Of a stretch of 34,684 bases of DNA, positions 26,338 to 34,650 are shown piece by piece. Position 1 is the first letter of the stretch. Each line of letters begins with the position of its first letter. The translations under genes were made by a program, and so were the position numbers. This stretch comes from an uncultured Sphingomonadaceae bacterium (GTDB taxonomy: Bacteria > Pseudomonadota > Alphaproteobacteria > Sphingomonadales > Sphingomonadaceae), in contig CAXUGZ010000001.1 of NCBI GenBank assembly GCA_964250685.1, positions 1-34,684 on the forward strand, in the 5' to 3' direction. Under the pieces are notes generated by a model. The model was not told the origin of the DNA. It worked only from the letters and a program-made list of their open reading frames with translations, and searched no databases.

Positions 26338-28584
26338 ATGCACGACCTTGAACTCTGGGCGGGTTTCGAGTGCACGATCAACCGCGTCGGCGACGTGTTC
26401 CGCGACCAGTTCGCCGACAGCGGTCACGATCGCCGCATGTCCGATCTCGATCTGGTCGCCGGGCTCGGCGTGCGCGCGCTGCGATATCCGGTCGCCTGGG
26501 AGACGGTCTCGCCCGTTGCCCCCGATCACGCCGACTGGAGCTGGTGCGATCCTCGCCTGACGCGGCTGCGCGAACTGGGCATCCGGGTGATCGCGGGCCT
26601 GGTGCACCACGGCAGCGGACCGCGCTACACCAACCTGCTGGCGGACGACTTCGCCCCCGGGCTCGCGCGTCATGCGCGCCGCGTCGCCGAACGATATCCG
26701 TGGCTGAGCGACTGGACGCCGGTTAACGAACCGGTCACCACCGCCCGCTTCTCCGCGCTCTACGGCCATTGGTATCCGCACCGGTGCGACGAGCGCTCGT
26801 TCTGGATCGCGTTGCTGAATCAGATCGACGGCATCCGGCTCGCGATGCGCGCGGTGCGCGATCTGAACCCGCAGGCCCGGCTGATCCAGACCGAGGATCT
26901 CGGCCGGACCTACGCCACCGCGGCGCTGCGCGACCAGGCCGCGTTCGACAATGCGCGGCGCTGGATGAGCTGGGACCTGCTGTGCGGCCGCGTCGGTCCG
27001 GATCACGCGATGTGGCGGCGGCTGAGCGATTTCGGGCTGGGCGATCGCCTGCGGCGCATCGCGGACGATCCCTGCCCCCCCGATATCGTCGGCGTGAACC
27101 ACTATCTCACCAGCGACCGCTTTCTCGATCACCGCGCCCACCGTTATCCCGTGCAGGCGCGAGGCAGCAACGGGACGCGCGCGTTCGCCGACGTCGAGGG
27201 CGTGCGCGCGCTTCAGCCGCCCCCGGCGGGGCTGGCCGGCGTGCTGCGCGAGGCGTGGGCGCGCTACGGCCTCCCGCTGGCGGTGACCGAGGTTCATAAC
27301 GGCTGCACGCGCGAAGAGCAGATGCGCTGGACCAGCCAGGCGTGGCGGCTCGCCGGCGCGCTGCGTGCCGATGGGATCGACGTGCGCGCCATCACCAGCT
27401 GGGCGCTGTTGGGGAGCCATGGCTGGAACACCCTGCTCACCGGGCCGGGGCAATACGAACCCGGGGCGTTCGACGTTCGGGGCGGCAGCCCGCGCCCGAC
27501 CGCGCTGGCGGCCTTGCTGCGCGGTCTCGCCCGCGGCGGCGACGCCGCCCCCCACCCCGTGCTCGCGGGCGAGGGATGGTGGAAGCGACCCATCCGGCTC
27601 CATCACGCGCCCGTGCCGCGGCCCGCATCGGCACGCGAGCAGTTCGTCTCCCGTGGCGCGGCCGGCGGGGCAGAGCCGCCGCCGATCCTGATCGCGGGAG
27701 GCAACGGCACGCTCGGCGGCGCGCTGGGCGCGGCCTGCCGGCATCGCGACATCCGGCATGTCCTGACCGAACGCGGCGAGCTCGACCTGGCGGATGCCGC
27801 CGGCATCGCCGCGGCGCTCGATGCGCATCGACCGTGGGTCGTGATCAACGCGGCCGGCTGGGTGCGGGTCGATGACGCGGAGGCCGACCCGGAGGGCTGC
27901 CTGCGCGCCAACAGCCGGGGTGCGGCACTGCTCGCGCAGCTCTGCGCGGCGCGGAACATCCCGACGGTGAGCTTTTCGAGCGATCTCGTGTTCGACGGGA
28001 CGGCATCCAAACCCTACGTCGAACCCGATCTGCCCGCCCCGCTCAACGTCTACGGACGGAGCAAGGCGGCGGCCGAACGCGCAATCACCGACCTGCCCGG
28101 TTCGCACCTGATCGTCCGGACGGCGGCGTTCTTCTCGCCGTTCGATCCGCATAATTTCGCGATCCACGTCACCGCCGGGCTGGCGGACGACCGCCCGCAG
28201 CGCGTGCCCGACGATGAGATCGTGTCCCCGACCTATGTCCCCGATCTGTGCGACGCGGTGCTGGATCTCGCGATCGACGGAGCGGACGGCATCTGGCACC
28301 TCACCAACGGCGAGGGGCTGAGCTGGGCCGAATTCGCCGGCCGCCTCGCCGCGGCGTGCGGCCTCGATCCGCGCGCGATCGAGCCGGTGGCCGGCGCATC
28401 GTTGGGAAGGCCGGCAGCGCGGCCGCGCTTCGCGGCGCTGTCGACCGTCCGGGGACAATTGCTCCCGCCGCTTGCCAGCGCAATCGAGCGTTTCGCGCTG
28501 GAGCGGGGGCGCATATCGTCGTCCTCAGCATCCCGCGATGTAAGCCGGCCAGCCCCTCAGCCGTTCTGCGTCGATGCCGGGTGA
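26338..28584 (+). CDS. Fusion of a GH1/clan GH-A-like glycoside hydrolase domain and an RmlD-like (dTDP-4-dehydrorhamnose reductase) SDR domain
   Basis: WAGFECT, LRYPVAWE, PVNEP (acid/base), AVTE (nucleophile); then GGNGTLG, VINAAG, FSSDLVFDG, PLNVYGRSK, SPTYVPDL. No signal peptide. Confidence 0.88.
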   Translation: MHDLELWAGFECTINRVGDVFRDQFADSGHDRRMSDLDLVAGLGVRALRYPVAWETVSPVAPDHADWSWCDPRLTRLRELGIRVIAGLVHHGSGPRYTNLLADDFAPGLARHARRVAERYPWLSDWTPVNEPVTTARFSALYGHWYPHRCDERSFWIALLNQIDGIRLAMRAVRDLNPQARLIQTEDLGRTYATAALRDQAAFDNARRWMSWDLLCGRVGPDHAMWRRLSDFGLGDRLRRIADDPCPPDIVGVNHYLTSDRFLDHRAHRYPVQARGSNGTRAFADVEGVRALQPPPAGLAGVLREAWARYGLPLAVTEVHNGCTREEQMRWTSQAWRLAGALRADGIDVRAITSWALLGSHGWNTLLTGPGQYEPGAFDVRGGSPRPTALAALLRGLARGGDAAPHPVLAGEGWWKRPIRLHHAPVPRPASAREQFVSRGAAGGAEPPPILIAGGNGTLGGALGAACRHRDIRHVLTERGELDLADAAGIAAALDAHRPWVVINAAGWVRVDDAEADPEGCLRANSRGAALLAQLCAARNIPTVSFSSDLVFDGTASKPYVEPDLPAPLNVYGRSKAAAERAITDLPGSHLIVRTAAFFSPFDPHNFAIHVTAGLADDRPQRVPDDEIVSPTYVPDLCDAVLDLAIDGADGIWHLTNGEGLSWAEFAGRLAAACGLDPRAIEPVAGASLGRPAARPRFAALSTVRGQLLPPLASAIERFALERGRISSSSASRDVSRPAPQPFCVDAG

Positions 28585-28625
28585 CGCCGACCGAGCAAAG
28601 ATGGACGGGGCCGAGCATCATCGCG

Positions 28626-29927
28626 TCACACCGGGTTTTCCAGCGTGAACAGGTCGCCGTCGTCGTCGAACGCGAACAATTCGGCATAGCGGCCCCATTC
28701 GGTCACCGTGCGCAGCGTGGTCGCGGCGAAGTCGGGCGACATGTGGTCCTCGAGCTCGTCCCTGAAGCGCCGCGCCGGAGCCTGGTGCGTGCGGCGTTCG
28801 TCGAGAATCGCGCGGATGTGGCGCGCGAGGCGGACATGCGATTCGAGCGTCCGGCGGAAGTTCGCCTTGCGCTGATCGACGTCCTCCTGCGCGAACGATG
28901 CGCCGCGTCGGGTGAGGACGAGGTCGCCGTCGATGACATCGGCGAACTGGAGCAGCTGGAGCGTCTCGACGATCGGGAAGAGGTCGTCGATCTCGAGCTG
29001 GAGCGTATCGGCGAGCACCGACAGCGGCGCGCGCCCCCCGAACGGCGCCGCTTCGACCTCCTCGATCAGCCCGGCGAGGCTGTTGACCGACACCTCGGGA
29101 AGCGGGTGATCGAGCCCGTGCTCCAATGGTGCGCCCGGCGCGGCGATCGCCGCCACCTCGCGCTGCGTCATGCGCGCGTAGATCCGTTCGACCAGCTCGC
29201 GGAAGCCGGGATCGAGCCGGTCCCTGGGGTGCGCGATATCGACCCGGAACTCGGCCGCGATCCGGCCGGGATTGGAGGACAGGACGAGGATGCGGTCGCA
29301 CATCAGCACCGCCTCCTCGATATTGTGCGTGACGATCAGGATCGAGGCGATCCCGAGCTTGTCCTCGCCCCACAGGTCGAGGAGATCGGTGCGCAGCGTC
29401 TCGGCGGTCAGCACGTCGAGTGCGGAAAAAGGTTCGTCCATCAGCAGCAGCGAGGGCTCGACCACCAGCGCGCGCGCCAGCCCGACGCGCTGGCGCATGC
29501 CGCCCGACAGCTCCTTGGGAAAGGCGTTCTCGAAGCCGTCGAGGCCGATCAGGTCGATCGCGGCGAGCGCCCGGCGGCGGCGTTCCTCGGCGGGCACGCG
29601 CTGCGCCTCCAGCCCCAGCTCGACGTTCTGCAGCACGGTCAGCCACGGCATCAGCGCGAACGACTGGAACACCATCGCGACCGAGCGCGGGCGGCCGGCC
29701 GCGTCGGGGACGAAGCGGAGCTCCCCCTCGGTGGGGCGGACCAGCCCCGCGATCGAGCGCAGCAGCGTCGATTTGCCCGAGCCCGACCGGCCGAGCAGCC
29801 CGACCACCTCGCCCTCGTGCACCGCCAGGGCGACGTCCTGGAGGATCGTCGTCCCCCCTTCGGTGCCGCCATAGCTGTGGCTCAGCCCCTCGACGGTGAC
29901 GACCGCACGCGCGCTCGTGATGGTCAT
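28626..29927 (-). CDS. NitT/TauT-type ABC transporter ATP-binding protein with C-terminal AAA-associated extension
   Basis: GRSGSGKS, LSGGMRQR, LLLMDEPFSALD, VTH; about 170-aa extension ending WGRYAELFAFD. Confidence 0.92.
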   Translation of the reverse strand: MTITSARAVVTVEGLSHSYGGTEGGTTILQDVALAVHEGEVVGLLGRSGSGKSTLLRSIAGLVRPTEGELRFVPDAAGRPRSVAMVFQSFALMPWLTVLQNVELGLEAQRVPAEERRRRALAAIDLIGLDGFENAFPKELSGGMRQRVGLARALVVEPSLLLMDEPFSALDVLTAETLRTDLLDLWGEDKLGIASILIVTHNIEEAVLMCDRILVLSSNPGRIAAEFRVDIAHPRDRLDPGFRELVERIYARMTQREVAAIAAPGAPLEHGLDHPLPEVSVNSLAGLIEEVEAAPFGGRAPLSVLADTLQLEIDDLFPIVETLQLLQFADVIDGDLVLTRRGASFAQEDVDQRKANFRRTLESHVRLARHIRAILDERRTHQAPARRFRDELEDHMSPDFAATTLRTVTEWGRYAELFAFDDDGDLFTLENPV

Positions 29928-29941
29928 TGCGACAAACTCCT

Positions 29942-31687
29942 TCAGGACAGCCGCAGGCGGCGTTCGGAGAGACGGTAGAGCGGACGGAACACCAGCCGGT
30001 TGATCGCGATCACGAACACCGACATGACCATGATCCCGAGCAGCACGCGCGCGCCGTCGCCCGCCGCGGTCGCGTCGGCGATGTAGCTGCCGAGGCCATG
30101 GGCACGCAGGTGCGTCGTTCCCCATGACACCGCCTCGGCGACGATGCTGGCGTTCCACGAGCCGCCCGACGCGGTCAGCGCGCCGGTGATGTAATAGGGG
30201 AAGATGCCGGGCAGGATCAGGCGCCGCCACCATTGCCAGCGCCGGACCCCGAACATGCGGCTCGCCTCCCTCAGGTCGCTCGGGATCGCGCTCGCGCCGG
30301 CGATGACGTTGAACAGGATGTACCATTGCGTGCCCAGCACCATCAGCGGCGACAGCCACACGTCCGGATCGGCGTGGAAGCGGACGATCGCCACCACCGC
30401 GATCGGGAACAGCACGTTGGCCGGGAACGCGGCGAGGAACTGCGCGACGGGCTGCACCCGCGCGGTCCAGCGCGGCCGCAGCCCGATCCACACCCCGATC
30501 GGCACCCAGACGACGCTCGCGACCACGATCAGGACGACGACGCGCAGCAAGGTCAGCAGGCCGAAGCGCAGCGCGGTGAGGGCGTCCGCCGGCGTCAGCG
30601 TCGCGCCGAGGAAGCGGATGGCATAGGCGGCCGCCGCCAGCGCGCCCGCCACCACGATCGTCGTCCACAGACGCAGCCCGGGCGCGCGCGCGGCTTTGCC
30701 GTAGGGCGCGAAGCGCGTGCCCTGCACCATCGGGCGGGGCCGGGGTTCGGCGAGATAGACCAAAGCGGCGGCGCCCCGCAGCGGGGCCGTCATCCACGGC
30801 AACAGGCGCGCGCGCCGGAACAGATCATAGACCCATGACCGGGGCGGCGCGACGCTCGCGGTCTGCTCGACGCGGAAGCGGTCGGCCCAGGCGATGACCG
30901 GCCGGAAGACGAGCTGGTCGTAGAGCAGGATGACGACCGCCATCGCCGCGACCGCCATCGCCACCGCGCCGAGATCGCGCCGCTCGATCGCGAGCGCCAG
31001 CCAGGAGCCGATGCCGGGCAGCATCACCTGGGTGTGCCCGACGCTGATCGCCTCCGATGCGACGACGAAGAACCAGCCGCCCGACATCGACATCATCGCG
31101 TTCCAGATCAGGCCCGGGGTCGCGAACGGCAGCTCGATCCGGATGAGCTTGCGCAGCGCCGACAGGCCGAACCCGCGCGCCACCTCCTCGAGGTCCCCCG
31201 GCACCTGGCGCAGCGACTGGTACAGGCTGAACGCCATGTTCCACGCCTGGCTGGTGAAGATCGCGAAGATCGCGGCGCATTCGACGCCGATCCGGCTCCC
31301 CGGAAAGACACCCATGAACGCGGTAACGGTGAACGTCATGAAGCCCAGCACGGGCACCGACTGGAGTATGTCGAGCGCGGGAATGATGACCAGCTCGGCG
31401 CGCCGGCTCTTGGCCGCCGCGGTCGCCGCGACCACGGTGAAGAGGAACGACGCCGCCAGCGCGGTGAACAGCCGCAGCGTGGTCAGCAGCGCGTAGCGCG
31501 GCAGCGCCCATGGATCGAGCACGACCGGCTCGAGCCGCAGCCGGGCGAGCGGCTCGACCGCATCGTGGACCCCGGTCGCGACCCCCACCCCCGCCGCGGC
31601 GAGGATCGCGAACAGCGCGAGATCGGGCCACCCCATGCGGACGTTGAGACGGCGCGGCGAGAAGCCGAGGAAGCCGGGACGCTGCAT
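29942..31687 (-). CDS. ABC transporter permease with two fused TM domains
   Basis: DILQSVPVLGF, SQAWNMAFS, MMSMSGGWFFVVASEAI, GTQWYILFNVIAGA, GGSWNASIVAE; two EAA-like loops. Confidence 0.92.
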   Translation of the reverse strand: MQRPGFLGFSPRRLNVRMGWPDLALFAILAAAGVGVATGVHDAVEPLARLRLEPVVLDPWALPRYALLTTLRLFTALAASFLFTVVAATAAAKSRRAELVIIPALDILQSVPVLGFMTFTVTAFMGVFPGSRIGVECAAIFAIFTSQAWNMAFSLYQSLRQVPGDLEEVARGFGLSALRKLIRIELPFATPGLIWNAMMSMSGGWFFVVASEAISVGHTQVMLPGIGSWLALAIERRDLGAVAMAVAAMAVVILLYDQLVFRPVIAWADRFRVEQTASVAPPRSWVYDLFRRARLLPWMTAPLRGAAALVYLAEPRPRPMVQGTRFAPYGKAARAPGLRLWTTIVVAGALAAAAYAIRFLGATLTPADALTALRFGLLTLLRVVVLIVVASVVWVPIGVWIGLRPRWTARVQPVAQFLAAFPANVLFPIAVVAIVRFHADPDVWLSPLMVLGTQWYILFNVIAGASAIPSDLREASRMFGVRRWQWWRRLILPGIFPYYITGALTASGGSWNASIVAEAVSWGTTHLRAHGLGSYIADATAAGDGARVLLGIMVMSVFVIAINRLVFRPLYRLSERRLRLS

Positions 31688-31688
31688 C

Positions 31689-33005
31689 TCAGAACGCTCC
31701 ATGCAGGCGCAGCGCGAGCACGTCCGCCGGCCCGCGATCGCGATTATAGCCGGGGTTAGCGACGTGCTGCCCGTCGAGCGTGACATCGATCCCGCGCCGC
31801 ACGTGCCAGGCGTAATAGAGCTCGGCGATCCGCTCGGTGCCCGGATGCGGCAGCGCGCCGTCGCCGACGAGCACGCCGAGCCCGCCGGCGGCGAGATAGC
31901 GCTCGTGCTCGGCGGAGATGCCGTTGGCGATCAGCACGAGGCCGATGCGGTCATCGGCCCTGTCCCAGCCCGTGCCGGCGAGGACCGCGCCGATCTGCCC
32001 CGTGCGATCGACGTCGGTGAAATCATAGGGTTCGATCGCGCCGTCGGCGATGCCCGCGCGTGCGAACACGCCGAGCGTGCCGGTCACCGCCTGTTCGAGG
32101 TTCAGATGAGCACCCATGCGCGTCATGCGCCGGCGCGTGTCGGCGGGATCGATCGGCTGGCCCGATGCCGCACCGCGCGCGATCGCGTCGTCGAACCGGC
32201 TGAAGCGCCCGCGGTTGCGGAACACGGTCAGCCGCACCGCCCCGGGCCTGCCGCCGATCGCATGGCGATGCTCGACCTCGGCGTCGAGCTGGTATTGCCC
32301 GAAGCCGCGCTCCAGCGTCTCGCCGTTCGGCACGGTCGAGAGGTTGAAGGCGCCGAGCCGTATCGTCCACGCGCCGCGATACGCCTCGACCGCGATCCCC
32401 GACGAATAGCCCCACGCATCCGCCGCATAGTCGAAGCTGCCCGCATCGACCGCCGCCCAATTGAGGAAGTCGGCGCGCGGATCGTGCGCGTAGCGGTTGG
32501 TGTCGAAGACGTCGCCGACCGCGAACTTGCCGATGGTGATGACGACGCGGTCGACGTCGCGCCGGCCGCCGAGCTGGTTCGGCGCCGCCGCCGCCGCCTC
32601 GACCGCGCCGCCCAGCCCGATCGTCTGGCGCAGGAACAGCCGCTGCAGGCGCGGATAGGGCGACGATCGGCCGACCTTGTAGGCTTCCGCGCTGGGGAAG
32701 CCCGCGACGCCCAGCGTGTTCGACAGCCCGAAGCCCTGATCGGCCTCCGGGTTGATCCAGATCTCCGCGCCCCGCCACGGCCGCACGCCGAGATAGGCGG
32801 TGACGTCGGCGGTTTCCTTGGTCTGATGCGGCGTCAGGCTGTTGGCGCCGGAATAAGGATCGTCGAAGCCGCCGACGCGCTGGACGACGAAGGTCGCCTG
32901 GCCGTGGATCGCCCAATCCTGTGGCTGCGCGTCGACGCTCTGCGCGGAGCCGGGCGCGACGGCGGCGAGCGCGCAGCCGAGCAAAGCGACGCGTGCGATG
33001 TTCAT
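31689..33005 (-). CDS. OprB-superfamily outer-membrane porin, MnoP (Mn2+ porin)-like
   Basis: Signal peptide; HGQAT, PYSGANSL, NPEADQGFGLSNTLGVAGFPSAEAYKVG, FDTNRYAHDPR, NPGYNRDRGP; C-terminal Phe. Confidence 0.85.
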   Translation of the reverse strand: MNIARVALLGCALAAVAPGSAQSVDAQPQDWAIHGQATFVVQRVGGFDDPYSGANSLTPHQTKETADVTAYLGVRPWRGAEIWINPEADQGFGLSNTLGVAGFPSAEAYKVGRSSPYPRLQRLFLRQTIGLGGAVEAAAAAPNQLGGRRDVDRVVITIGKFAVGDVFDTNRYAHDPRADFLNWAAVDAGSFDYAADAWGYSSGIAVEAYRGAWTIRLGAFNLSTVPNGETLERGFGQYQLDAEVEHRHAIGGRPGAVRLTVFRNRGRFSRFDDAIARGAASGQPIDPADTRRRMTRMGAHLNLEQAVTGTLGVFARAGIADGAIEPYDFTDVDRTGQIGAVLAGTGWDRADDRIGLVLIANGISAEHERYLAAGGLGVLVGDGALPHPGTERIAELYYAWHVRRGIDVTLDGQHVANPGYNRDRGPADVLALRLHGAF

Positions 33006-33017
33006 CGATGCGGTCTC

Positions 33018-33060
33018 AAAAAAACCATCGCCCGGCCGGGTCAGGTCGTGGGCCGGACGG
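33018..33060 (-). terminator. Attenuator-type terminator immediately upstream of the porin start
   Basis: CCGTCCGGCC...GGCCG(GGC)GATGG followed by TTTTTTT, ending 12 nt before ATG 33005. Confidence 0.55.
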
Positions 33061-33356
33061 TCCGACGATCGCCGCTTGTTCGCGACCGGACCATGCCCGG
33101 GCGCGCATCGAGTGGAGCGAGGCGCCAGGCGGCGCGGAACGTCTGCATGGTCATACGACCTCCATCGGGTTCGAGTGCCGAGCCCGGGAGGTCGCGTCAG
33201 GTCAGCTCTCCGGCTGCCTCCCGCGACCCGGCGGGCCCGGATCATGACGATCGACGACAACGAAGCCGAAGCTTCTACTGTCTCCGTCGCCGGACAAGGG
33301 ACTAGATCGGGGCATTGCTGTCCTGCGTGTGACGCCGGGCCATTGCGCGCCCGGTC
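33018..33356 (-). promoter_or_regulatory. Candidate structured 5' leader (riboswitch/attenuator) of the porin-ABC operon
   Basis: Hairpins TCCG-GCGA-CGGA and GACAGT-A-GAAGC-TTCG-GCTTC-GTTGTC; anti-SD CGACCTCC complementary to GGAGGTCG; competing GGTCGCGGGAGG; two uORFs; terminator. Confidence 0.6.
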
Positions 33357-33417
33357 GGCGGCGGCATACTCGTGTAGCGCGCCGGATCAAGCGAGAACGT
33401 TTCGCAACCACGCGCGC

Positions 33418-33446
33418 TTGACAACTCTGAACATATGGAGTACAAG
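33418..33446 (+). promoter_or_regulatory. Sigma70 promoter overlapped by a LexA-like box
   Basis: TTGACA-N17-TACAAG with GAAC-N7-GTAC at 33429-33443. Confidence 0.6.
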
Positions 33447-33857
33447 CCTCGCCGTTCGCACGCTGCCGACGCGGGGCAGCGGACGGGCAGGCTTCCCGGT
33501 GCGGGTGACCGCAGCGGGACGACCGGCGCGGAGTCATCCGGCATCGTCAGCCGAAGCTTCGCAACCAGTGTGTCCGCCCGGAGCGTCAGCCGTCAGCCAC
33601 TTCGCAGAACGGCACGGGATTTGAAGGGACACGACCTCGGGCGTCTGGACGACGGCCCCGTTGTACCAAAATGTCGTCCAGCCCGGATGCCCGTGGCAGG
33701 ACCGCGCCGGTCGCCAACGCCTTTCGCGCACGCACCAAGGGAGGAGTGTGTTTGCGACAGGCCGTGAAGTGTAAGCCGTTCGGGACTTGACTCGATGCCT
33801 AATGGGCTGTTGATATCGTTTCGGGCCAAGACCAGGGGCTGATTAAGGGGAAATATC

Positions 33858-34583
33858 ATGCGCGCGGTTGCTTTTGCGATGGCCTTTGTGCTTGGCGCGG
33901 CCGGCTCTGCCCAGGCCGCACAGATTTTCACCAACGATTTCAGCACCGATGCCCATGGTTTCACCACCGGCAGCGGCGTCAGCATCGCGACGGCTCCGTC
34001 GGGTCAGAAGTTTCTCGAGCTCGCCAACTACCAGTCTGCGACGACTCTCACGCTCGACACCTCCGCTTATGTCGGCGGCTCGCTGTCGCTGGCCTTCTCG
34101 CTCTATGTGGTCGGCTCGATGGATGGAACCGGTCCGATCGTCCAGGGCGGGGGCGCGGGCGATTACTTCACCGTCACATCGGGCGCCGCGACGCTGTTCA
34201 ACCAGGCCTTCGCGAATTACGATGGCGGAAACCTCCAGACCTACCCGACGCCCGGATCGCCTCCGGCGGCCGGGGCCGCGTCGACCAACACGCTCGGCTA
34301 CACCGGCTTCCCCGATTCGGGGAATCACATCCAAGACAGCATCTACAATTTCTCGCTGACGTTCACGCCGACGGGGGCGAGCACCACGGTGACCTTCACC
34401 AGTCTCGCGAACGAAGGCCCCGGCAACGAATTCTACGGCATCGACACCGTCGTAGCGAACGCCACCCCCGCTGCCACGTCCAACGTGCCCGAGCCCGCCT
34501 CGTGGGCGCTGATGCTCGGCGGCTTCGGCATCGTCGGCGGCGCGATGCGCGGTCGTCGTCGCGCGAACGCCAGCTTCGCCTGA
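33858..34583 (+). CDS. PEPxxWA-CTERM sorting domain surface protein
   Basis: Signal peptide (AGSAQA); Thr/Ser/Gly-rich body; VPEPASWALMLGGFGIVGGAMRGRRR. Confidence 0.92.
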   Translation: MRAVAFAMAFVLGAAGSAQAAQIFTNDFSTDAHGFTTGSGVSIATAPSGQKFLELANYQSATTLTLDTSAYVGGSLSLAFSLYVVGSMDGTGPIVQGGGAGDYFTVTSGAATLFNQAFANYDGGNLQTYPTPGSPPAAGAASTNTLGYTGFPDSGNHIQDSIYNFSLTFTPTGASTTVTFTSLANEGPGNEFYGIDTVVANATPAATSNVPEPASWALMLGGFGIVGGAMRGRRRANASFA

Positions 34584-34650
34584 AGCGACTGCTTACGGCC
34601 CGAGGAGCCGCAGCGGATGGCCAAGTCAGCCGCCCGTCCCTCGGCCCCGG

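Noticed and set aside
892-31786. Long N-terminal extensions in the ORF track (892..2697, 2753..4090, 5137..6969, 6997..8484, 8004..9446, 11135..12391, 28626..30797, 29942..31786) read as fusions
   Set aside because: The extensions overlap real neighbouring genes in another frame or strand and mostly lack family motifs, as expected from stop-codon scarcity in high-GC DNA.
19551-33305. Long antisense ORFs (19551..21095, 24081..26186, 26311..28458, 28248..29978, 31635..33305)
   Set aside because: Shadow frames of well-supported genes with no recognisable motifs.
33006-33400. yybP-ykoY Mn2+ or cobalamin riboswitch upstream of the porin
   Set aside because: I could not find the GGGGAGUAG/CGUCA/GAGACC or cobalamin-box signatures by eye; a cmscan is needed to exclude them formally.
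33435-33767. 110-aa ORF in the intergenic region
   Set aside because: Its ATG lies inside the predicted promoter spacer, it has no SD and its composition is not protein-like.
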